Shown: positions 54,691-64,000 of the stretch, piece after piece
How positions within the stretch are numbered: the stretch's first letter is position 1
Layout: each line of letters begins with the position of its first letter
Assembly: GCF_009914755.1 (NCBI RefSeq)
Contig: NC_060938.1
Source: the human T2T-CHM13v2.0 reference genome, Homo sapiens
Direction: 5' to 3' (one strand)
Length of the DNA: 64,000 nucleotides
Position numbers and translations under genes: made by a program
Notes under the pieces: generated by a model
The model's input: only the letters and a program-made list of their open reading frames with translations
Databases searched by the model: none
Told to the model about the DNA's origin: nothing

Positions 54691-55849
54691 CAAGCAACTT
54701 GACTTTGTCTTGTAAGTTCGCTCTTGCCTCCAGCATTGATGTGGCATTCACTGTGGTTTCTCTGATAGAAGTTTTGTGCACACTTTTAATTTCCATCTTG
54801 CAGGTCTTTCTAATCACTTCTCTCTGCCTTATTTTTCCTTCTGGGGAGTATGGTCTTGGAGATGTGCCGTCTTCCCTGGCCCCATACCAGGTCATTGCAA
54901 TAGCTTAGATATTTTAAATGCAAAAGACACCATTTTCTGCAAGAAGAAGTTGATAATCATGGTAGAAACTAAACGCAAGTTAATAGCGATAGGTACATTA
55001 AAAGTAGGTAAAACAGTCCAAGTTTGTCAGGGTCTCAAGGATAACCTTATTGATATTATTTGGCTTGATATCTGTGACATTTTTCACAATTTATATCCTA
55101 TAACTTTTAATTTTATCCCAATAGAGGATTTCTTAGAATCACTTGACTTAAAGAAACCTTGGTAATGATAGAATTCAAGTCCCTCATTTTTCTTGTCAGA
55201 AACAGACCCAAACAGGTCACATGACTCGCCCAAGCTCACATAGCAATACCCAGTGCCTAGAATTCTGATCTTAGTCTCCTGCCCTCATTGTCCTTGTGAG
55301 TGTCCACCAAATGGCAGTAAGATGTCAGGACTCAGTCTTCTGAGCCCAGGTGCTACATATGTCCTTCCATTCTCACTGGAGCTACTAAGCCTCCAAGTAC
55401 AGATTTATAGTCATTCCATCTCTTTTAAAAGGAAAAATATAATTTTATTATTAAAACTAATGTAAACACTGTATTTTTCTAGCAGATCACAAAAGAAACA
55501 TAAGCCAGAAGTACAATTACATATTTTCTTACTATTCACTAATAGTAATTTGTAGCTAAAGTAATCTTAACCATATTTGCAAACTTCGACTAAAATTTTT
55601 GTCTTCTCTGTTACTCTTGGGTGTCTTACCTGAGATTTATAGGAATCTGGGACATCAGGCCTGTTAAGCACTAAAAACTGTTGTAGCTTTTTTTGGCTGA
55701 TGGTATTCATTCATTCATTTAACAAATCTTTGGTCAGGTCCTTCAGATTAGAAAGTCATTCATATGGGTGCTTTTGTTCTCAGTTTGCTAAAATATCCCT
55801 GGAGACTTGGGCTTTCCTTTTCTTAGTTTTCCATTTCATGTGATCATGG

Positions 55850-56100
55850 CTATCACAATAATGATAACATACATGTATGTCTATGTGTGTCTATGTACAT
55901 TTCTAAACACTTTACATAGATTAATTCAGTTATTGTTCACGACAACCTTATTAGTAAGTATTACTACCACATACACCTTTCATAGGTGACAAAAAGGAAG
56001 TGCAGAGAAGTTATGTAACTTACCTAAGGTCATACATCTGGTAAGTGGTGGACCTGGGATTTGAACCCAGGCATCTGGCTCCAGAGTGGATGCCTTGAGC
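55850..56100 (-). mobile_element. MIR
   Basis: ctaaacactttacat...cagagaagttatgtaacttacctaaggtcatac...ggatttgaacccaggcatctggctccagag. Confidence 0.82.
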
Positions 56101-56649
56101 CTCTAGAGATAGGGAAGGCTCTGTACAGAGACTGTATACACTACACAGACAAAGAACTGTCTTTTGATCAATTTTTCTCAAATAAGAAGTGGGAAATTTT
56201 CCACTTTATATTAAAGAAGAATAAAATCAACACAATTTCCAGCTTACCCTGGGAAGACTGCTAAAATAATTTAATTAACAGTTGTTTCCGACTTCTAGTT
56301 ATAGAGGTCCATGAGTGCTTGTCTGTAAGAGAAAGGACTATTCCAATAGAGTTTTTGAATACGTCTCTGTCCAGCTACTGAGTCTGGCCTATTCTCACCC
56401 AGAGTTGACTTTTATCTGGCTACCCAAGAGACAGTTCTCTTTGCAGTTCATTCCAAACTCTAACTCTTCAGGGCAGGCAATGTGGAATGGTAGAAAGAAC
56501 AGTGGACTGAGAGGGGTTAAGAATGACTGTAACCTGAGGAATTTCCCTTCTCTAGTCAGCCTTGCTTTCCTCATTTGCTCAAAGAAGCATTTCTGTTAGA
56601 TGACCTCTATAGTGTGTTCAGCTCTAAACATCCCAAGTCTTGGTTACCT

Positions 56650-57180
56650 TGTTTAGTGTACCCTCCAAATCTCTCTGATGGCAAATAATAGAAGTTCTGA
56701 TTATGATGAATGAAATGAAGTGGGCTATTTCTGTTTACACAGAGAAGCCCGGAGGTGATGGATGGGGCTGTTCATGGCTGGTGTAGATGCCCATGGTTGT
56801 CATCCAATACCATGGCTTCTTCCATTTTTTCCGGCTTTGTCGTTCATAGTATGTGACTTTCATCCTCATGACTACAAGATGGTTGCTGTGCCTCCAGGAG
56901 TTGTGATCATGCCCCCAGCAGAAAGAAGGAGGAAGGAGGAAAGAAGAGAAGGTGCCAGTATTGAAAAAAAACAACAACAAAAAACAGAAGTTTTCCTCAG
57001 AAATCCCTGATAGACTTCTGCTTTTGTCTCAGTGGCCAGAGTTGGGCCATATGACTGCTCCTTTTTATGAAGGTCTGGGAAAATAAATGTTTCCAGCTGA
57101 GTATATTGTAGCCCTGAACAAAATTGAAGTTTTGTAGTGAGGAGGAGAAAAGAGACTAGAATGGGGAAATTTCTAGCAGT
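56650..57180 (-). mobile_element. Old MLT1 (I/J-like) LTR
   Basis: cacaagatggttgctgtgcctccagg-like core; agacttctgcttttgtctcagtggccaga. Confidence 0.6.
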
Positions 57181-58309
57181 TCTGGCACATGCCATGGTCT
57201 GCTTGTTTCTTCTAAACTTAAAAACAGACAGATAGATGAACAAACAACAAATAAACAAATCTCTTTCTTTCTCCATTTTCTTCCTCTCTGGCTGGGTATA
57301 GTCTTCCTCCTTGACTAACCTCTATTATTGTTAAACATAATTAATTATTATTAACATATAGTTATTAAAAATTATTAACTGCTAATTTATGCACAAAAAC
57401 ACAAACAATTAGACTAAGGAGTTCTAGATTTCACTCGTCAAGGCAAGGGATGGGCATAATTCACCACAGCAGGTAGAAAAGAAACGGAAGAAAGAACAAG
57501 TCTGACCCAAGAGGCCCAATCGCCGGGTTTGGATTCTAATTTCAGTTTAGTGTGTCACCTGGGAGATGCAACTTCACCTATGGATCACAACTTATCCTAC
57601 TTTATTATATAAAAGTAAATGAGATGATGGGCTAAAACTATTTGCATTCCTTGAAAAAGAGCTATTTAAAAAAGTAAATCTGAGATAAAATATGTATTCA
57701 CTAATATAGATCCTCCTGGGGAACCACTAATTTAGAGTTTGTCATCATTCCGGCAACAGTTGGATTCCAGAGGAGCTCTTTCATCTTCTTAAGAGAATCA
57801 ACTGTTTGCAGGCACTAGAAAAACACTTTTATTTTGCAAAAGTAAGAGGAATGATAAATAGAATTTTTCTTAGCTATTCAGGAGTTTTACTTGGCAATGC
57901 ATCATTACCTTAGTCTAGTTTTACGTTTTTTCTAAAAGTGAAAAAATTATATTTCTTTAAAAACGTTTTATAATTCAGACTTTTAAAAATGGATTCAGAC
58001 AGAGTTGCTATTTATGTATCTCAGTGAGTTCTTGCTGCATTATTATCCCAATAGGAAAACCCATCATGGTGCTGTCTTAGGATTCACTTTGGGTCAGTAG
58101 GAAGAATGACAACCTTCTTGGGAGCAGTGACCTTTGTTTCCTTTCTACTTAGAAAACATCTTGGCAAAGTATATAAGGTCAGTCCTCAGTAGACTAAACA
58201 GTTGCTGAATTACTCTCCGTACTACATTATGAGATGACATGTATCATCTGCCCATCATTAAACATGGCATGTAAGTACGTGTTTAGTAGATGGTAGCTAT
58301 AACTGTGAA

Positions 58310-58560
58310 AGGCAGAATAGTAGAGTGATTAAGGAAACTTGAGATCTCATGCCCTGAGATTGGAATTCCAATGCTAACACTTACCAGCTGGACAACTCAT
58401 TTCTCTCTGACCCTCAATTTCTCATCTGTACAATGGTGATAATAATACATCCACCACAGGGTTGTTGTGAGGATTAAATGAAATATGGTAGGTAAGGTGC
58501 CTGACACCAGGTCTGGCACACAGTAAGTCCTCAGTAAATGGTAGCTAGTAGTAATTTTGC
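58310..58560 (+). mobile_element. MIR (near full length)
   Basis: ctcatctgtacaatggtgataataata...gttgtgaggattaaatga...tctggcacacagtaagtcctcagtaaatggtagcta. Confidence 0.88.
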
Positions 58561-60707
58561 TATTGCCAATATGAATGTGTCTCATCTAGACAGTGATGGA
58601 TTCAAACTTGTCTGCACAATCCAAATTAGACCAACACAACACAGGGTGTGCCCCTGAGTGCTTCCCAGACCATTATTTGGGATGTTTGGAGTCGAGAAAC
58701 TTAATGCTGAATCCACCTTCATTGTCGAGGATGTTGGCTTCCACTGTACTGAGGGACATTTGAGAAAGTCTTCATTTGCCTTCTGAGGAAGGGAGAGAGA
58801 AAGGTGCTTTGGCTGTTAACTTTCTAACACCAGGTGGCTCAGTTGTCTTGAGAAACCATGATATGCATTTTGCAAAAGGCTCCAAGAGAGCCTTTTGCTT
58901 GTTGCCCAGTGTATGTATCCTATCTAGATTTTGTCTGAGCCCCATCTCTTGATTGTAAAGGGGACCCATTTACTTATAGTAAGAAGCTGAATTCCCTTTT
59001 GATTCCTAACACAGTTTTGAGCAAAGGGATGGTGCACCTTTGTACATGCTGCCGAGGGTGAAAACACTCTAATACCACACTGGGAAAGAGGTATAGATCT
59101 GCTATTGATTGGCCACATTTTCCTTCCATATTAGGCAGCTGCCTAGGTGAGCACCAGTCCCAATGTGATTGGTGTTTAACATTGGCATCATACTTTGTGT
59201 TTTTAAAAAGTTTCAAAAATCAATTCCTCATTAACCTGATTGAAAGAGAAGTTATGCCTCCTCTGCTATGTTCTGAACAGGACATAGATCACTGCAGGTG
59301 CTCGATAAATATTAAGCATTTAATCCTTACCATGCCTCCCACCTAAATAGGTCACTAGAATTCATTTTCCTAGAGATGAGAGTCTTCACTTCTAAACCAA
59401 TGTGGCTTCCTGTAAATCTCAAATGTTCCAAAACATAAGGACTCTCTTGTAGACAGTGTTAAGACCTGCTTAGTGGTCATCCTTTTCAGAAGGTCGTGGG
59501 GTCCATTTTGCTTTCCGCACTCTTTCTGGTAATCTCTGAAAGGAAGGAGGCTGAGCAATGGAGTTACCTTTAATTACTTGGAGCATATTCCTATAGTTGA
59601 GTAGCGTCTCTCCTTGAAGGAAGAAGCTTATATTACCATGGACAGGATAATAGGAAGTGGAAGCCTCAGTCACAATGCTGCCATTCTTTTAAAACTATTC
59701 GCATATGCACAAATGACACAGATATGTCCTATCTAGTCATCTGGATGCAAGCATATTTTGAACTTTGCAATATTGTCCTACATAAGGAACCATGATATTC
59801 ATTTTATTCCTTTGAAGATTCCATAATAGGATCCCTCAGGTTGGAACATCTACATGTTCCCAACCTTTCAGAAAATGCAACTGTAGAAGAAAGATGCGCT
59901 TGTGCAGGAGTCTGGGAGGGCACTATTCAATCTTGCTTTCTGGCCCCCAGTCTTCATTTCTCAGAAGAAGGTTAAGAGGGTGACTGAGGTGGTGATAAGA
60001 CTCAGTCTGGAGGGGAAGATACATCTGGATAAGATGCCTGCTTAAGGCTTAACTCCTCCAGGGAAATGCAGAAGCCGTGCTGCCAAGGCATTTTCAGGCT
60101 GCCTCTGTGGTGCAGCCTAAGCAGCATATAATATGGAATAAGTGATGTTTGCTTACTGAAAGGACACTGATAAATGTCTGGCCATTAAGTTCAGACCATG
60201 GAGAAGAGAACGGCACACAGCTCTGAAACAACTGACATAAAATTTCGCAATGGGTGGAGACACTGTCTTACGTTCTGGTTTAATGCAGTTTGGACAAAGC
60301 TTGAATTCAGCGAATGATGTGTCAGAGTGAAATATTATAATTTATTTTAAACCTTCCATTTTTTTCTTTGTTTACCAACTGGGTCTAACCACCTGTTTAG
60401 AAAGATCCAGAGAACAGATTATAAATTCTTTACTATAGGAATGCAAGAATATTCTAGATTTTGGTAATGACTGGTAATGACATCATTTCACACTACAGTG
60501 ATGTTTTTCATGAGAAACTTTTCGAGGACTTTCAGAATGATAATTAAACTACACAATATACACACAAACTTAGAATTGTCTTTAGTTTTCTCTTTTTTTC
60601 TTTCTCTTTTTTTTCTTTTTCTTTTTCTTTTTTTTTTTTTGGCAGAGGGAAGAAGAAAGGGGTAGCTAAGAATGATTAAGCCAGTCAGCGGTGTTGGACG
60701 TGTAGCG

Positions 60708-60733
60708 ATGACTCAGGACCATGACTCAGGACC
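60708..60733. promoter_or_regulatory. Perfect 13-bp tandem duplication, each copy holding an AP-1 site (TGACTCA)
   Basis: atgactcaggacc atgactcaggacc; the motif is seen, function is not shown. Confidence 0.45.
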
Positions 60734-63109
60734 CAGATGTCTCTCTCTAAACATCCCTTTTGATAGCCACTCATCTCTGTGAAACCTAGTTTGATCATCA
60801 TTTTCTATGTGGTATCACATGGGACTGTCATATATATCTAGATAAAGTTGGAGAATCGTTTTGCCAAGGACTCTTACATCTAGTGCATTCTTCCATTTTT
60901 TTCTGGCATTCATTCTGGGTCATTGTATGGGATTAAAAATGACCATGAGCCTTGCATTCTCTCCAGGGCCACGGTCTTCTGTTGCTCAGTGATTGATTCT
61001 CTTGCTATGATTATGTAACTGTGCCTTTGCTCACACCACTCTGTCTGCCATAAGTGCCCTTATTTCTCTTTACTTTTACCTAGATACTTTACACCTTTAA
61101 AGCTTAGATCTCTGTTTCCTTTGTGAAACGCAAGCCCATAACATGAATTACATTATGCATTTGCCCATCATCGTATCCTATGTGTGACACTGCTTATACC
61201 CTCATTTTAGATTACATAATGATGAGACAGGGTGATTAACACACCCTTCATAGGTATGTAGGAAGGGTTGAATTAATTTATGTGAAAGTGATTATAAACT
61301 GTCAAACTATTAAAGTATTCAGTGTTTAATGAGTAAGTTATCTCACCAGGAGTGACCAAAAAGTTAGTAAAGGCAGAACCTCTCCCTCACACTTGGTCTC
61401 CTCCAGTGTCTAGTACTATGTGTCTAAAGAACATATGCTCAGAAACTTCATTGCTTTGTTGATTGGTTGATTGTTTTCCATATTTAAAGTTCTACCATCT
61501 GTTGAACTATTATCAGGCACATCCCATGATGCTGTCCTGATTTTTAGATAGACAGGTAGCCCAGTGAAGTGTGGATGAATTCATTTTTAAAAGGTTAGGT
61601 GGTGATTGAATGATTAGCTCCTTGGCAAGGAAAGTATTTCTCTTTTACATCATTACAGATGCACAGTGGTACCTTTCAGGAGTCTGTTTTTGAGAGGTGC
61701 AGAGCAGTTTAAAGATGTTTCACAGTAGGGAGGCTTTTATTGCCAAGGAAGACATTTAGTGGCTTCAAGGCTCTGTCAGAGCGTCCCAATACCTAGGCCA
61801 ACTGGAAAGGGAATCCTCATAGAGGATTCTGTGACACTCACCATCTCTGTGAAGCCGGAGAAGCCCAGAGTGGGGTTCCCCCATGCACCTTGCTGTTCAT
61901 TACTAGGAGCTGGTTACATGGGGAGGGGGCAGAATTCTATAGAAAAATTTCTACACTCTGCATTTGGGTGTCCTCTTTTTTAAATGTCAGGTATAGTCTA
62001 TATACAGCAAAATTACATATCCCCCTTTTAGGGTTCACCTTGTCAGCCAACATATAGTGATGCCAGGTAGTTTCTGTATCCCTTGGTGGTGGTGGGGGTG
62101 GGGAGTCCCTCCCCGCCCACTGCCACCAACCCTATGGTTTTCTCTGGAATCTTAGGCTTTTGTTAAAAGTTTTTATAGTTAAAAATAATTGACAGATGCA
62201 ATTCAACCATTTCTGTTGGCTTCCTTCTGCCCATCCCCTCCCTGACTCCTCAGCTCATCTAAGCTGCTTCTGGGTTCTATCACGTAAGAAGGAGGTACCT
62301 CTAAGTTTCAGTTGGCCAAAACCACGCAGGTCATTCTACAAGTCATGGTAATGATCACTTTCTTTCCTCTTTTCCCTTTTTTCTAAGTAGCATGCACAAC
62401 TTTGTTGTCATTGTTATTGAATATTCTTGGTGATTCCACATCAGAAAGATTAGAAGAGATAATGTCATGAATTGGGTAAATGTGAGGCACCAAGAAAGGG
62501 AAAATTTGGTTCCTGTAAAAAAATGTGATTTGGTGGAAATCTTCAGAACCCATTTCGGGAATCCAATTTCTCCAATTTTCCTTATTGCAAGAACCTTGCC
62601 TCTTTCTTGCCAGTGTGGCTCTATCTCACTGCATTTTACCCTCCCATTTTCGGTGAGCATCAACTGTGACATCATAAAGCAATTTGGGCCTGGGGCAATT
62701 GGTCCCTGAAAAAGGAGCAGAAATTCCTATTTGCATATAGTACCTGAAGCACTGGGGACTGCCCTGCCACTCCAACCACTGTTATTGTTATTGCTGTTTC
62801 TTGCCAATACTCTTGGAGATCTTGTGAAAGAGAACATAAGAAATTACATTTCAGATGGGGTCATGCCTTTATTCTCTTCTCCTTTAGAAAGGTTTCTCAA
62901 GTGTGGTGTAGGGTTTTTCAAGAGAAATTCACAGGGGCCTTGCTCTGGACCACGACCCTGTGTAGTGGGATGGCATTTGGTACAGTGCAGGTCTGTCTTG
63001 GGCTCTGTCCACTGGGGTTAGAGACTGCATGTACCCGAAGGTCTTCATTACAATGCTTACTTGCCACTGGCACAGATGGAATGACATTATACGATATGGC
63101 CTTAAGTTA

Positions 63110-63945
63110 ATGGAGAGCGATTTTTTTTAAAAAAACAAACGTAATAGAAGTTGTACCTCTAAATGAGGGTTGTGCCCTTCAAAAGTGATAGCATGGAAAG
63201 CAATGCATTTAATCCATTGGCGCTTTCCTGAGCCAAGCATTGTTATAACTTCTGATTTCAAGTTGCCTTCAGGGTCTGTGGCACATTGAAAATATATTTA
63301 TAAAATATTTATTGTGTTTTTTTCCTGATGACAAAAGTTATACAGGTTTGTTGCAAAAAGTTTGGAAAGTATAGGAAAACACAATTAAAAAATAAATTAT
63401 CCATAATTTTGGTTTCCTGAGAAGACCTCCATCAAAATGCATGTATACCTTTCTGGTAATTTTTTGTGAATCTGCAAATATGGATGTAAATACACATGTG
63501 GTTACATATGTATGTTTATTCGTTGAATTGGGGGCAATAATCTTTATATCGGCTTCTTATTTGTTATTTAGGCTGCTTACCAACATGTTGTGGCACATTG
63601 CTTTGAACATTCTCAGTGGTCCAGATATTTTTCTTTAAGGGGGTGGATTTTATATTTGGAAATAGTCGGAGTCATTTAGAGCCAAGCCAAGGTATCTCTG
63701 TTATCAAACTAGCTAATATGTTTTGGGAAAACAAACAGACTCAAGTGACTGTAGAATAACAAATCTAGTTCTGTTGGGTGGATCAATCTGACTTAATGCT
63801 ATATCCAAAAGCAGAGTTCCATGAATGTTTTAAGCCATGGTATATCATTGGCTTAAGTGTATGATTTCAAAGGTGAATAATTTGAAGAAGGCACTCTTTT
63901 AGATATAAAGCTTCTGTATTTAAAGGAACATGTATTCAGTCACTG
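63110..63945. mobile_element. MARNA-like mariner element split by L1ME
   Basis: tgcccttcaaaagt...agttgccttcagggtctgtggcacatt | ...tccaaaagcagagttccatgaatgttttaag...tttgaagaagg. Confidence 0.65.
63289..63588 (-). mobile_element. L1ME-type 3' end
   Basis: tttcctgatgacaaaagttataca...aaaagtttggaaagtatag; perfect 12-bp TSD tgtggcacattg. Confidence 0.7.
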
Positions 63946-64000
63946 GAAGCAAGTCAGGATATTTTCTCCCAAAGTCTTGAGCTTCTGTGTTTTAAATGGT

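Noticed and set aside
55037-55098. DNLIDIIWLDICDIF, faintly like a CR1/L3 reverse-transcriptase motif
   Set aside because: Too short and degenerate, with no flanking RT motifs; would need an HMM hit

Overview
This is primate nuclear DNA, most likely catarrhine or human-like, since it carries AluJ/S/Y, L1PA4/5-type and THE1 elements. It is CpG-depleted, with no CpG island. I find no intact protein-coding gene, tRNA/rRNA gene or CRISPR array. Roughly half of the window is interspersed repeats: about 15 Alus, a near full-length Tigger1 (34133-37260), a complete THE1 MaLR provirus with a perfect 5-bp target-site duplication (TSD; 13232-15486), MLT1/LTR16/LTR47/MER66-like LTRs, old L1M and L2 fragments, many MIRs, and hAT/TcMar MITEs. 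The ORF track is largely explained by repeat-derived and chance ORFs; the only recognisable proteins are decayed Tigger1 transposase, L1 ORF2 and MaLR internal ORF. LTR elements are strongly minus-strand biased, and L1s and Alus less so, which suggests a long intron of a plus-strand gene. I cannot name the locus. I do not see a supportable new biological system. The most unusual structures are: (i) a half-Alu insertion carrying a fold-back inverted copy of its own target DNA; (ii) a polyadenylated, TSD-flanked retrocopy of an LTR fragment; (iii) a perfect tandem duplication that creates twin AP-1 sites; and (iv) several nested insertions whose order can be read. Repeat family names come from recalled consensus sequences, not from a database search, and boundaries of old repeats are approximate.
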